From Deltaproteobacteria bacterium (GTDB lineage: Bacteria; Myxococcota_A; UBA9042; DTJE01): a stretch of 46,426 bases of DNA. Of the stretch, positions 6,996 through 16,900 are shown piece after piece. Made by a program: the position numbers and the translations under genes. Positions within the stretch are counted from its first letter, which is position 1, and each line of letters opens with the position of its first letter. The notes under the pieces are model-generated. The model had not been told where the DNA came from. It worked only from the letters and a program-made list of their open reading frames with translations, and did not search any database. The DNA lies in assembly GCA_016784945.1 (NCBI GenBank), contig JADHTP010000001.1, positions 1 through 46,426 of the forward strand, written 5' to 3'.

Positions 6996-8288
6996 TCACG
7001 CCGGCCCCTCGACGCGCTCGATCCGGGCGCCGATGGCCTTCAGCTTATCGTCGATGCGTTCGTATCCCCGATCGATCTGTTCGATATTGTGCATGACCGA
7101 CCGGCCCGATGCGGCCAGGCAGGCGATGAGCAGCGCCATTCCGGCCCGGATGTCGGGACTGCGCAGGGTCGCCCCGAAGAGGTTCGACGGCCCGGCCACC
7201 ACCACCCGGTGTGGGTCGCAGAGGATGATGGATGCCCCCATGCTGATGAGCGAATCCACGAAGAACATGCGGCCCTCGTACATCTTTTCGAAGAACAGCA
7301 CCGTCCCCTTCGACCGGGTGGCGGTCACGATGGCGATGCTCATGAGGTCCGTGGGGAACTGGGGCCATGGGGCATCGTCGATCTGGGGGACCACGCCGTG
7401 GAGATCGGTCCGGATGGCGGGCGCCTGCCCCCCCTTCACCAGGCAGTCGGTCCCGGACAACTCGATGCCCACGCCCAGCTTGTCGAACACGGTCCGGATC
7501 TTCCGAAGATCCCGGGGGATCACGTCGTGGATGACCAGGCCGTCGCCCATGATCCCGGCCAGGCCGATAAAGGACCCCACCTCGAGGTAATCGGGGCCGA
7601 TGCGGTGGGTGGTGCCGTGGAGCCTGTCCACCCCCGTTACGGTCAGGATGTTGGTCCCGATCCCGCTGATCCGGGCCCCCATGGATTCGAGCATCCGGCA
7701 CAGGCCCTGAACGTGGGGCTCGCAGGCGGCGTTCTCTATAACCGTGGTCCCGCAGGCCAGGACCGCGGCCATGAGGGCGTTCTCCGTGCCCGTGACGCTG
7801 GCCTCGTCCAGGAACATTTCGGCCCCTTCGAGCCGGGACGCGTGCAGCCGGTAGGACTCGCCTACCTCCAGTTGGGCCCCGAGGGACTGGAAAGCGGTAA
7901 AATGGGTATCGAGCTTCCTGCGGCCGATGACGTCACCCCCCGGCGGGGGCAGTTCCACCTCGCCCAGGCGGGCCATCACGGGCCCCGCGAACAGGACGGA
8001 GGCCCGGACCCGGCCACACAATTCCCGGTCCAGCACGGACTTGTTGACCTGGGATGCCGTGATGCTGGCCTGGTTGGGCCCGGTCCATTCCACCCCGGCG
8101 CCAAGATCCCGCAGGACCTCGCACATCACCAGTACGTCACGGATGCGCGGCAGGTTATCCAGGACCACCGTTTCTTCCGTGAGGAGGCAGGCGGCCAGCG
8201 TGGGCAACGCCTCGTTCTTGTTCCCGGAAGGCGTGACCTCCCCGGACACCCGGTTTCCCCCTTCGATGATGAATCGGCCCATGGGCAC
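6996..8288 (-). CDS. murA: UDP-N-acetylglucosamine 1-carboxyvinyltransferase MurA (Asp-type active site)
   Basis: 430 aa, GTG start at 8288 preceded by GGGAGG. The N-terminus FIIEGGNRVSGEVTPSGNKNEALPTLAACLLTEE is typical MurA. The active-site loop reads PPGGDVIGRRKLDTH, with Asp119 (codon 7932-7934) where E. coli has Cys115. Confidence 0.9.
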   Translation of the reverse strand: MPMGRFIIEGGNRVSGEVTPSGNKNEALPTLAACLLTEETVVLDNLPRIRDVLVMCEVLRDLGAGVEWTGPNQASITASQVNKSVLDRELCGRVRASVLFAGPVMARLGEVELPPPGGDVIGRRKLDTHFTAFQSLGAQLEVGESYRLHASRLEGAEMFLDEASVTGTENALMAAVLACGTTVIENAACEPHVQGLCRMLESMGARISGIGTNILTVTGVDRLHGTTHRIGPDYLEVGSFIGLAGIMGDGLVIHDVIPRDLRKIRTVFDKLGVGIELSGTDCLVKGGQAPAIRTDLHGVVPQIDDAPWPQFPTDLMSIAIVTATRSKGTVLFFEKMYEGRMFFVDSLISMGASIILCDPHRVVVAGPSNLFGATLRSPDIRAGMALLIACLAASGRSVMHNIEQIDRGYERIDDKLKAIGARIERVEGPA

Positions 8289-8300
8289 CTCCCTTCGGGG

Positions 8301-8342
8301 CGTCTACCGTCTACCGTCTATCGTCTGCCGTCCGCCGTCAAG
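8301..8342 (+). repeat. Tandem heptanucleotide repeat, 6 units
   Basis: CGTCTAC CGTCTAC CGTCTAT CGTCTGC CGTCCGC CGTCAAG, filling the 62-nt gap between the recF stop (8351) and the murA start (8288). Confidence 0.85.
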
Positions 8343-8350
8343 AAAACAGG

Positions 8351-9454
8351 TCAATCCCTGGACGTGAACCGCCCGGCCTCCGTGTGGAATACCCGACATC
8401 CGGTCGGCTGACCACCCGGCACCGAGGTCCCGGTGAGGAAACTCTGGCCCGGATAGGCAGCCAGGTACTCCACCACCCGATCCTGGCGCGTGGCGTCCAG
8501 GTCCGCCAGGGCGTCATCCAGGACCAGCACGGGATCCACCTGGAGGTTGACGCGGAAGACCCGCGTCTCCGCCGCCTTCCAGGCCAGCATCAGCACCTTC
8601 CTCTGGCCCCGGCTGGCGTGCCCTCGCGCACGGTGGCCCAGCAGGTCCACCCGGAGGTCATCGGTATGGGGCCCCACGGTGGTCCGGCCCAGGGTCGTGT
8701 CCGTTGACCTCCGCTCGTGCAGACGCCGGCGAAGCAGGGCCCCGATGTCACCCCGGCCCGTGCCCTCGGGGATCCAGCGGGAGGCATACGACACCGCCAC
8801 TGACAGGTCTTCACCGGCCATGTCGTCCAGCGTTCCGGGCAGGTGCTCCAGGAGGCTGTCGAGGGCCTCCTTGCGGGCCAGAACCACCTGGCCTCCGGCC
8901 TCGGCCATGGCCTCCTCGCAGGCGTCCAGCACCCCAACGTCGAAGGACCCGCCCGGGGACTTCAGGATCTCGTTCCTTTCTCGAACCAGCTTGGAATACC
9001 GGCCTATCAGGGCCGTCCGGGACGGATCCAGGAGCACGGCGAACCGGTCCACCAGGGTCCGGCGTCCATCGGGACCGCCCTCGAGGATGGCCGGATCGTC
9101 GGGACTTAGAAAGGCCACGGTGACCCTGGACAGACATTCCCGCGATGAACGGACGGGATGGTCGTCCAGGGTGACCCGTCTGAAACCGCGCCCCACCCCG
9201 ATCTCGATGGTGTGCTCCCCCCGGTCGCCGGAGACCGACCCCAGCAGGTGGGCCGACTCGCTGTCGTGGGAAACCAGGTCCGTGGTCCGTGAGGTCCTGA
9301 AGGACCTGAGCCAGGACAGGAAGGTGATGGCCTCCACCAGGTTGGTCTTGCCCTGACCGTTGGCCCCCACCACGAGGTTCATGCCGGGACCGGGGGACAC
9401 GTCGGCCTGTCCGATGTTTCGAAAGTCGGTGACCTGGAGGCGGGTGATTCGCAC
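8351..9454 (-). CDS. recF: DNA replication and repair protein RecF
   Basis: 367 aa. MRITRLQVTDFRNIGQADVSPGPGMNLVVGANGQGKTNLVEAI is the RecF N-terminus with its Walker A motif. The C-terminal Walker B/D-loop is LVLDDALADLD. It lies directly downstream of dnaN. Confidence 0.92.
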   Translation of the reverse strand: MRITRLQVTDFRNIGQADVSPGPGMNLVVGANGQGKTNLVEAITFLSWLRSFRTSRTTDLVSHDSESAHLLGSVSGDRGEHTIEIGVGRGFRRVTLDDHPVRSSRECLSRVTVAFLSPDDPAILEGGPDGRRTLVDRFAVLLDPSRTALIGRYSKLVRERNEILKSPGGSFDVGVLDACEEAMAEAGGQVVLARKEALDSLLEHLPGTLDDMAGEDLSVAVSYASRWIPEGTGRGDIGALLRRRLHERRSTDTTLGRTTVGPHTDDLRVDLLGHRARGHASRGQRKVLMLAWKAAETRVFRVNLQVDPVLVLDDALADLDATRQDRVVEYLAAYPGQSFLTGTSVPGGQPTGCRVFHTEAGRFTSRD

Positions 9455-9480
9455 AGTGCGTGCGCCTGTGGGCGAAAGGC

Positions 9481-10602
9481 CTAGACCCTGACGGGCATGA
9501 TGAGTTGCAGTATCCCCTCGTCCTCGGGCGACACCAGCGCCGTGGCCGAGGAGTGGTCCTTGATCTTGACCGTGACCTCCTTGCCGGGCAGGGCGTTCAG
9601 GGCTTCGATGAGATACCGGTTGTTAAAGGCAATCTCCAGGGGTTCCCCGGTGTACTCCAGGTCCACCTCGCTGTGGGCGTCCCCCTTGTCCGGGTCCTGG
9701 GCCATGATCTGGATTCGACCGGCCTCCAGGGTCAGCTTGATCAGCGGGGTCTTTTCGGCGGAGATCACCACCGCGGCCCGCTGCACGGCCCGCACGATCT
9801 CCGAGCGATCCACGGTGAAGGACCACTTGAACTCGTCGGGCAGGACCCGCATGTAGTCGGGGTACTCCAGTTCCACCTGGCGGACCAGGAGGTACCCCGA
9901 CTCCACCAGGAAGACCACGGCGTTCCTCTGGAAGCCCAGGGTGACGTCGCCATCCACGTCGGCCAGGAACCTCTTCAACTCGTTGACACCCTTGCGGTGG
10001 ATGATCACCTCCAGGGCCTGCTCCACCTTGGCGTTTTCCACCAGGCGGGACAACCGGGATAACCGGTGGCCGTCCGTGGCCACCATGTCCATCCGCACGC
10101 CCCCGTCCGCGGATGCCACCTTCATGCAGATGCCGTTCAGATTCGGGCGCCCTTCGTCCGCCGACATGGTGAAGCCCACACGCTCCGACATCTCCAGCAG
10201 GAGGTCGCAGGACACCTTGACCTGGTCCGTTATCTTCGGTTCCTGCCGTTCGGGCAGGTTGGCCGGCAGGATTCCCGGCACCTTGTAGTCCGTGCGCCCG
10301 GCCACCAGTTTCGCCCAGTCATTGTCCATGGCCTTGAGGGTAACGGGCGCATCTGGAAGCATCCGGGAAGCGTCGAACAGGCTCCGCCCGGACAGGGCCA
10401 TCTGGCCTTCCGTCTTGACTTCGGCCGGGAAGGTGGTGACCAGGGTCACCTCGTATGATTGAGCCGTCAGGCGCACCGACTCCTTGCCAACGGATTCCAG
10501 TTGCACGTTCGCCATGACGCTGGACAGGTTCTTCTGTTCCGGGATGCCCTGCGCCTTGTTCAACGCGGTATTGAAATCCTTCTTTGCTGCGATGAATTCC
10601 AT
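9481..10602 (-). CDS. dnaN: DNA polymerase III beta sliding clamp
   Basis: ORF 9481..10734 trimmed to the ATG at 10602 (MEFIAAKKDFNTALNKAQGIPEQKNLSSVMANVQLE...). At 373 aa it has typical DnaN length and N-terminus. The dnaN-recF order is canonical. Confidence 0.9.
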   Translation of the reverse strand: MEFIAAKKDFNTALNKAQGIPEQKNLSSVMANVQLESVGKESVRLTAQSYEVTLVTTFPAEVKTEGQMALSGRSLFDASRMLPDAPVTLKAMDNDWAKLVAGRTDYKVPGILPANLPERQEPKITDQVKVSCDLLLEMSERVGFTMSADEGRPNLNGICMKVASADGGVRMDMVATDGHRLSRLSRLVENAKVEQALEVIIHRKGVNELKRFLADVDGDVTLGFQRNAVVFLVESGYLLVRQVELEYPDYMRVLPDEFKWSFTVDRSEIVRAVQRAAVVISAEKTPLIKLTLEAGRIQIMAQDPDKGDAHSEVDLEYTGEPLEIAFNNRYLIEALNALPGKEVTVKIKDHSSATALVSPEDEGILQLIMPVRV

Positions 10603-10754
10603 GATCCAGACCACCGTTGAAGACCTGGCTAATCCTAGTCTCAATTCTTCGACTCCGTCAACCGACGTGACCGACGGGGTCGATGGCCTGTCGCGGCCCC
10701 GGAGACGGGTCTTCTGTTTCGCGTTATCCGGCATCCCTGCTAATATGGAGCGCC

Positions 10755-12059
10755 ATGTCGGAACGCCAGCGATACCGGGTCATAGAGAAAATCGATTCAG
10801 GGGGTATGGCCGAGATCTACAAGGCCAAGGCCTTCACCATGGACGGTTTTGAAAAGACCGTCGCCATCAAGCGGATCCTGCCCTCCCTGTGCAACCGCCC
10901 CAAGTTCGTGAACATGTTCCTGGACGAAGCGCGGCTCGCCATGCACCTGAACCACGCCAACATCGTCCAGGTGTTCGACGTGGGAAGGGCGCAAGGGACC
11001 TATTTCATCGTCATGGAGATGGTGGAAGGATCAAACCTCCGCCGGCTCTTCCAGCGCCTGACCGAGGTTGGCGCCCGCTTCCCCGTGCCCGTGGCCCTGT
11101 TCGTCATCACCGAGGCCCTCCAGGGCCTGGCCCACGCCCATGAACGCCGGGACTCCCACGGGAATCTCCTGGGCATCGTCCACCGGGACATTTCACCGCC
11201 CAACACCCTGATTTCCCAGGCCGGTGAGGTCAAGATCACCGATTTCGGCCTGGCCAAGGCGGTGACCCAGGTGGAGCTCACGGACCCGGGCATCGTGAAG
11301 GGCAAGTTCTCGTACCTGTCGCCCGAGGCCATGGACGGCCGCGCCGTGGACCATCGCACGGACATCTTTTCCCTGGGCGTGGTCCTGTGGGAGCTGCTGG
11401 CCAACCGCCGCCTGTTCCTGGGCAAGACCGAAATGGAAACGGTGGGACTGGTCCAGAAGACCGACGTCCCGGCCCTGACCCTGTTGAATCCGGACATGAC
11501 CGACGGCCTGGACAAGCTGGTCCGGAAATCACTGCACAGGGATCCCAGGAAGCGCTTCCATTCGGCCCGGGAAATGGGCGACGAGCTCATGGCCTACCTG
11601 TTCAAGAAGGGTCTCAAGGTCACCTCCTATGACCTGGCCGAGTTCATCCGCTCGGTGTTCGAAGCCCAGGCGGTGCGGGAAGAAGGGGCCACTCAGGAAC
11701 AGATCGGGATGCTTATTTCCGACGAGATCCTGAGCCTCTCCATGCTCCGGTACGCGGGACAGCCCCTGCCCGTGGAAGGCAGCGTGCCGGTCAGCGTGGA
11801 ACGTATCCAACTGGGTGGCCGGATCTCGGCGGAGGACATCAAGGGCTCACCCAATCCCAATGCCGAACCCCCCGTCGAACGCCCCCAGAGGACCGCCCTG
11901 GTGGAAATGCTGGAGGGTCGCGAGACCACCCCCATGTCGGCGGTGACCATTCCCAAAAGGAGCCCATGGACCTTGATCCTGTGGATCATGCTGGGTGTGG
12001 TGGGCGTGGGGACCATCAGTGCCGGGGCCTATTTCATCTGGGACATCTTCTTCAGCTGA
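10755..12059 (+). CDS. Hanks-type Ser/Thr protein kinase with a C-terminal transmembrane anchor
   Basis: ATG at 10755 after GGAG. Motifs present are GSGGMAEIYKA (G-loop), VAIKRI (the catalytic Lys), HRDISPPN, DFGLAK and SPE. The C-terminal hydrophobic helix is WTLILWIMLGVVGVGTISAGAYFIW. Confidence 0.9.
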   Translation: MSERQRYRVIEKIDSGGMAEIYKAKAFTMDGFEKTVAIKRILPSLCNRPKFVNMFLDEARLAMHLNHANIVQVFDVGRAQGTYFIVMEMVEGSNLRRLFQRLTEVGARFPVPVALFVITEALQGLAHAHERRDSHGNLLGIVHRDISPPNTLISQAGEVKITDFGLAKAVTQVELTDPGIVKGKFSYLSPEAMDGRAVDHRTDIFSLGVVLWELLANRRLFLGKTEMETVGLVQKTDVPALTLLNPDMTDGLDKLVRKSLHRDPRKRFHSAREMGDELMAYLFKKGLKVTSYDLAEFIRSVFEAQAVREEGATQEQIGMLISDEILSLSMLRYAGQPLPVEGSVPVSVERIQLGGRISAEDIKGSPNPNAEPPVERPQRTALVEMLEGRETTPMSAVTIPKRSPWTLILWIMLGVVGVGTISAGAYFIWDIFFS

Positions 12060-12083
12060 CCCGGATCAATCCCGAACACGGCG

Positions 12084-13238
12084 TTATTTCCTTTGGGTCT
12101 TTCCGGGCGGAGGCCGGCGCATCTTCACGGGCTGGGGGATCCGTTTCACACGGGATCGAATGCCTGATCGCGTGCGGGCCCCCGACCCACGGCCCAGGGT
12201 ATAGGGCACCTCGATGACAGGTTGGTCCTTCCGGTTCGTCCGGACCTGGACCTTGCCGCTGGTCTTGTCGGGCTTTGTCGCAAGGGTCAGATGCGCGACC
12301 CACTGGCCGTTCACCTGCTCCACCTTGCCGGTCACGAAGCCCGCCGGGTCCTTGACGCCCTTCAGCTTGAAGGCCTTCTTCGACAGGGAAGAAACGCGCA
12401 CGTCCACGATCTGCGCCTGTTTTTCCTTGAAATCGGAAAAGAAGACCCGGGGCGGGTCGGTCCACAGGTCGTTCGAAACCGTCCCGCTCACCGTGAGCCG
12501 CAGGGTCTTGGGATTGTCCAGGTTGGTGGTGGCCATCACGCTTTCCGAGAGCCGGCCGGGCTTGTCGCCGGCGGTCACGGTGACCTCCAGAGTGGGTCCA
12601 CCCTTGCCTTCCACCAGTTTGGCGGACACCCTCCCGGGATTGGACGGCTTGATCTGGGTGATCTTGAACTTGCCCGGATCACGGGCCACCACCTTCACGG
12701 TCTGGGTCTTCTTCTCGCCCCGCGCCACCCGCCCCAGCCTGACATAGGCCGGTTCGAAGGCGGCGATGACTTCCACGTCCCCGCTGAGCGTGAGCGTGAA
12801 CTTCGGTTGCTTGGGGTCGTTGGACGACACCGTCACCGACTTCTTGAGCTTGCCCTTGCGTCCACGGGAACTGACCTTGACTTCGATTTTTCCTTCCCCG
12901 CCCGGGGGAACGTCGGTCGCCGAAACGACGGCCGCCGTACAGCCTCAACCACCCCTCGCGGACAGGATGTTGAGCACGTCGTCACCCACGTTCCTGATGG
13001 TGAACACATGCTTCATTTCATCGCCCTGGACCACCTTCCCGTACTCGTGAAGTGGTTTGTCGCAGGCAATCACGGGGCCCTTCTTGCCGGCCTTGTCCGT
13101 CTTGGCGGGCGCGGACGCCTTGGGGGGCGCCTTGTCGGGCGGGTCGGACTTGGGGGTTTCGCCGCCCTTGCAGCCCCACAGCCCGGCCAGGGCCAGGGCG
13201 CCGGCCGCCAGCCACGGCATCATTCTTTTCAGTCTCAA
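12084..13238 (-). CDS. DUF1573-repeat lipoprotein with an in-frame TGA at 12945-12947; candidate selenoprotein, otherwise a nonsense pseudogene
   Basis: Track ORFs 12945..13340 and 12084..12836 are in the same frame, separated only by the TGA at 12945-12947 and 36 open codons. The read-through sequence is ...KHVFTIRNVGDDVLNILSARGG-[TGA]-GCTAAVVSATDVPPGGEGKIEVKVSSRGRKGKLKKSVTVSSNDPKQPKFTLTLSGDV. This follows the DUF1573 pattern (N-x-G, L-x-I, CGCT, PG, G-x-I-x-V, V-x-SND), with the TGA at the first Cys of CGCT. The N-terminus is a lipoprotein signal (M)RLKRMMPWLAAGALALAGLWGC. The candidate start is the TTG at 13238, 5 nt after GGAGGTG, or the ATG at 13223. Two further DUF1573-like domains without the Cys motif follow. 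Confidence 0.65.
12910..12938 (-). promoter_or_regulatory. SECIS-like mRNA hairpin downstream of the in-frame UGA
   Basis: The mRNA reads UGA GGCUGU [ACGGCGGCCGUCG] UUU [CGGCGACCGACGU]. The two 13-nt arms form 11 pairs (including one G-U) with 2 mismatches. The stem starts 7 nt after the UGA and the apical loop is about 20-22 nt after it. That is within the range described for bacterial SECIS elements. Confidence 0.45.
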
Positions 13239-13278
13239 TTTCACCTCCGCATTCCCTCGAGGCCCGGACTCCGGAACC

Positions 13279-13803
13279 TCAGTCGTTGAAGATGTAGTCA
13301 TACCAGAACCGCTTGCTTCTGTCCTGCGTGAGATCCACATGGATGTGCTTGATCTGGGTGTAGGCCAGCGGTCCCTGGGGCCCCAGTTCCCTGCCCACCA
13401 CGGAACCGGCGCCGATGAGCACGTTGAGCACGCCTTCCGGCAACCCGGCCTCCATGGCGCATGATGACCATCATGGTGGTCTTCCGGATGGTTGCCCCAC
13501 CGTCTTTCGCTTCCAGTTGCGCCAGCTCGAATTACTTTTCCTTCAGCTTTTCACACACATTGTACAGGATCCGGGTAGAGGATCCGGGTACAGGATCCGG
13601 GCCCTCTCCTTTGGCTCCAGTCCGCTCCAAACGCCGGAGTCGAAGGACTTTCGGGCGGCCTCCACCGCCCGCTTCGCATCGCCCTCGGTGGCCACCGGTA
13701 CTTCGGCAATGGGTTCCTCGGTGGCAGGGTTGAAGGTGGGCCTGGTCTCCCCGGATTCGGCGTCCACGAACTGGCCGTCGATCAGCATCCGGTAGCGATC
13801 CAT
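13279..13803 (-). pseudogene. Decayed aldehyde dehydrogenase (ALDH superfamily) pseudogene
   Basis: The ATG at 13803 after GAGGAAAGG opens MDRYRMLIDGQFVDAESGETRPTFNPATEEPIAEVPVATEGDAKRAVEAARKSFDSGVWSGLEPKERARIL, a typical ALDH N-terminus. The frame is then broken by a 13-nt triplication. The next fragment, YNVCEKLKEK-TAA-FELAQLEAKDGGATIRKTT, contains a stop. A third frame gives MEAGLPEGVLNVLIGAGSVVG fused directly to the C-terminal motif GRELGPQGPLAYTQIKHIHVDL...IFND* (stop at 13279-13281). About 525 nt remain of an expected gene of roughly 1.45 kb. Confidence 0.8.
13563..13601. repeat. 13-nt perfect or near-perfect tandem triplication inside the ALDH pseudogene
   Basis: TACAGGATCCGGG TAGAGGATCCGGG TACAGGATCCGGG. 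The two extra copies add 26 nt and shift the reading frame. Removing them restores ...ERARILYNVCEKLKEK. Confidence 0.85.
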
Positions 13804-13971
13804 GACCTTTCCTCGACAGTGATTCAGTTCGCATTCTATCCAGTCCACGAACCCTGATCAACGCCGGTGGATTCGGATTCCACTTGCTCCACTGTGCCCT
13901 GGAACCGTAGAATGGCATCCTCCGAACCTTAGCGGCGCCCGGGAAACGGTTGGCCCTTCAGGAGGACCGAA

Positions 13972-16900
13972 ATGAACTGGATGGACTTGCAGCGAAACCT
14001 GCCCGCGCACCTCGGGGTGCCGTTTAGGCTTTCCTTCGAAGCCGCCACGGGACGCTACGCCTGCGCCTGCCTGCTGTTTGGCGGGCACCGGCTCCTGAGG
14101 TGGGTCCTGGCCTGTCGGGACGGCTGGTCCGCCGACGGACTCGTCAAGCCCCGCATGGAGGATCTGGGCAAGGCCTTGCTCAAGGCCGGAAAGAAAAAGA
14201 AGAAAGGCGCCAAGGGACCCTTGACCGCGGCGGTGAAGAAGGCCCTGAAGGACAAGGACGCGGAACAGGCGATCAACGACCTCCTGACCGCGACCGAACT
14301 GTTCCTTTCACCCGACATGGTATCGGGAACGGAAGACGCCACCGCGCTGGCCGGCGAATGCGGCGATATCCTCCACCGCCTCGCCACCGCGTTCGAGCCG
14401 GTGCTGGAAGTGACGCCCGTGACCGGCGGCCCCAAGGGACCGGACACCCTCTTCGGCTGGTCGGGACCCGGCGGGCACGGCGCCTCACGGGCGACCCACG
14501 GCTTCACGTCCCCGGTCACGGCCCTGCTCCTGCCCGGCAGCGACGAACCGGCGGAACAGGGTCCAGCCACGGCCACCGAGCCCCCTGCCCCCCTGCTGCC
14601 CTGCGCGGGGCCGAAAGGCGGAGGCTGGTGGGAATGCCCCAACGGCCGGGTGTACGACGCCGACGGCCTGCCGGCGGCGCCACTCATGAACCTTACGCCG
14701 GCGGGCGCCCTGGGGCGGCTCCTGTTCTGGAACCTGTCATCCGACGAGAACCCCGTCCACTTGGCCGATAGGCTGGTGGACACGGGGTCTCCCGAAGCGG
14801 GCGGCGTTCTCCTGGTGACCGCGGTGGCGACCCAGGCGGAAACCGTGTCTCCCGAGTCCTTCGAGGAGGCGGTCCATTTCCTGGCGGAAAACGAACTGCA
14901 GGAGCAGGGTGAGGCCCTCACCGCCTTCTTCGTGGAAGGTATGGAAGCCCTTGAGGCCCGGCTCCGCGAAGCCGACGACCTGAAGGGTGTGTCCGACGTC
15001 CTGCTGAAACGACAGCAGCTCGAAAAAGGTCCGCAGAAGGTCCTGACCCTGTCCCGTCTGGCGAACCTGTTCCGCGAGAAGCTCGATGATCCGGATGCCG
15101 GATTCGTCTGCCTGGTGAGCGCCCTGGAGGAGGCCCCGGATGACGACACCATCCTCGGGGACCTGGTGGAGGAAGCGGGTCGGTCCGGCAAGGAAAAAGA
15201 GGCCGCAGAGCGCCTGTTGGAGCTGGCCGGCGAACAGGCGGGAGACGGACGGGAGGCCCTGTCGCGGGCCGCGGGGCAACTGTACATGGCGGGGGAACCG
15301 GACCCCGAAAAGGCCGCGGCGGCCATGAAGATCGCCCTTGAATCCGCTCCCGAGGACATAGACCTGCTTCAGGCGGCTTCCGACGTAGCAATCAAACTGG
15401 GAGACCACACCTGGCTGGAGGAGCTTTTCGTCGGGCGTCGGGACCACGCCGCAGACAACGCGTCGCGCCTGGAGGCCGTGCTGGCCCTGGCCCTGCTGTA
15501 CCAGGAGGAGCGGCCGGAAGAGGCTGCGGACCTGTATCACCAGGCCCTGATCCTGGACCCGAATCACCAGGAGTCCTTCGAGGCCCTGGTGGCCATCCGA
15601 CTGAAGATGGGCAAACCCGAGGTTGTCCGGGAGGAATGCGAGGGCCTCCTCACCAGGACCTTCGACCCGGCCATGCGCGCCGACATCCTGAAGCGGTACG
15701 CCTCGCTGATGATGGACGTGTTCAAGGACGAAGCGGCGGCGGCCAGGGCACTGTCCGAGGCCCTGCTGCTGGACCCCGAGGATGGCACCATCCCGGACCT
15801 GCTGGGCACCCTGTACGAGGGCCTGGGCGAATGGAGACGACTCATCGGTTTCCTGCGCCGCCGGGCCAACGCGGAGCCGGACAACGCCACCCATCACCTC
15901 CTGCAAATGGCCGAGATCGCCCGCCGGAACCTGGAGGACACGGACGCGGCACTGGGATTCCTGACAGAGGCGGCGGCCCTGGCGCCCGACGATCAGGAGC
16001 CGCGCAGACTCATCCGGACCCTCCACGAGGAACTGGGACTCTGGGCCGACGTGGCCCGGGACCTGGAAGAATCGGCCGGCAAGGCCCCGGCGGAAGACCG
16101 GATGGAGATCCTGACGAACCTGGGCACGCTGTATCTCGATCGCCTGTCACTGAGGGGGCGGGCCAAGGACACCTTGTGGCGGGCCCTGGAATCGGCCCCG
16201 TCCGCCGCCAGGGCGGACCTGGCGGGACGGTTGGCGGCCCTGCACCGGGAGGACGGCGAGAACGAACGGGAATTCGACGCGCTGAAGGCCGCCGTGGAGG
16301 CCATGGGCGATGACGAAAAGGCCGCGGACCTCTACGCGGAGATGGGCCGCCTGGCCATGGAACCGCCACAGGACGAGGAATCCGCGCGTAAGTCCCTGGA
16401 AAAGGCCGTGGCATTGAACCCGGTCCACACGGAAGCCGTGGAACGCCTGGCGGGCATGCTGCTGGAACATAACGAGCCCGAAAGGGTGATCACCCTGGTC
16501 GAACCACTGGCAGCCAAGGCCGCACAGGACGAAGACTCCGACGCGGAACGCCGCCTGAGGCTCCTGGGCGCCGGGGCCGCCATGAAATGCGCCGACCACG
16601 AGGCCGCAGCGGCCCAGTACGCGAGGGCCGTGGAACTGGACCCGGCGGACCACCGGACCCAGGTCATCCTGGGGCGACTCCAGGCCCAGGCGGGCCAGGA
16701 CAAGGAGGCATCCGAACTGCTGACGGCCGTGCTGGAGGAGGCCGGTGAATCGCTGACTCCCATGGACCGGATCGAAGTGCTCCACACGGTGGCGGGTTGC
16801 GCCACGCGCCAGGGAGACCATGCCAAGGCACTGGACATGCTGGACTCTGCCTACCGCCTGAGAGGCACGGTGGACGGGCAGTCCCTGAGGGACCTCGCTG

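Noticed and set aside
10603-10754. Replication origin / DnaA-box cluster upstream of dnaN
   Set aside because: dnaA is not adjacent. The region is divergent from a kinase gene. Only two weak partial matches to TTATCCACA were seen (TTATCCGGC near 10723 and TGATCCAGA near 10602). There is no AT-rich unwinding element.
12945-12947. Genome-wide reassignment of UGA (genetic code 4 or 25) as the explanation for the in-frame TGA
   Set aside because: Many well-supported genes in the window terminate at TGA at the expected protein length (e.g. tolQ, tolR, the carbamoyltransferase, the aminotransferase, the kinase and recF). UGA is therefore a normal stop here, and the options are local Sec recoding or a nonsense mutation.
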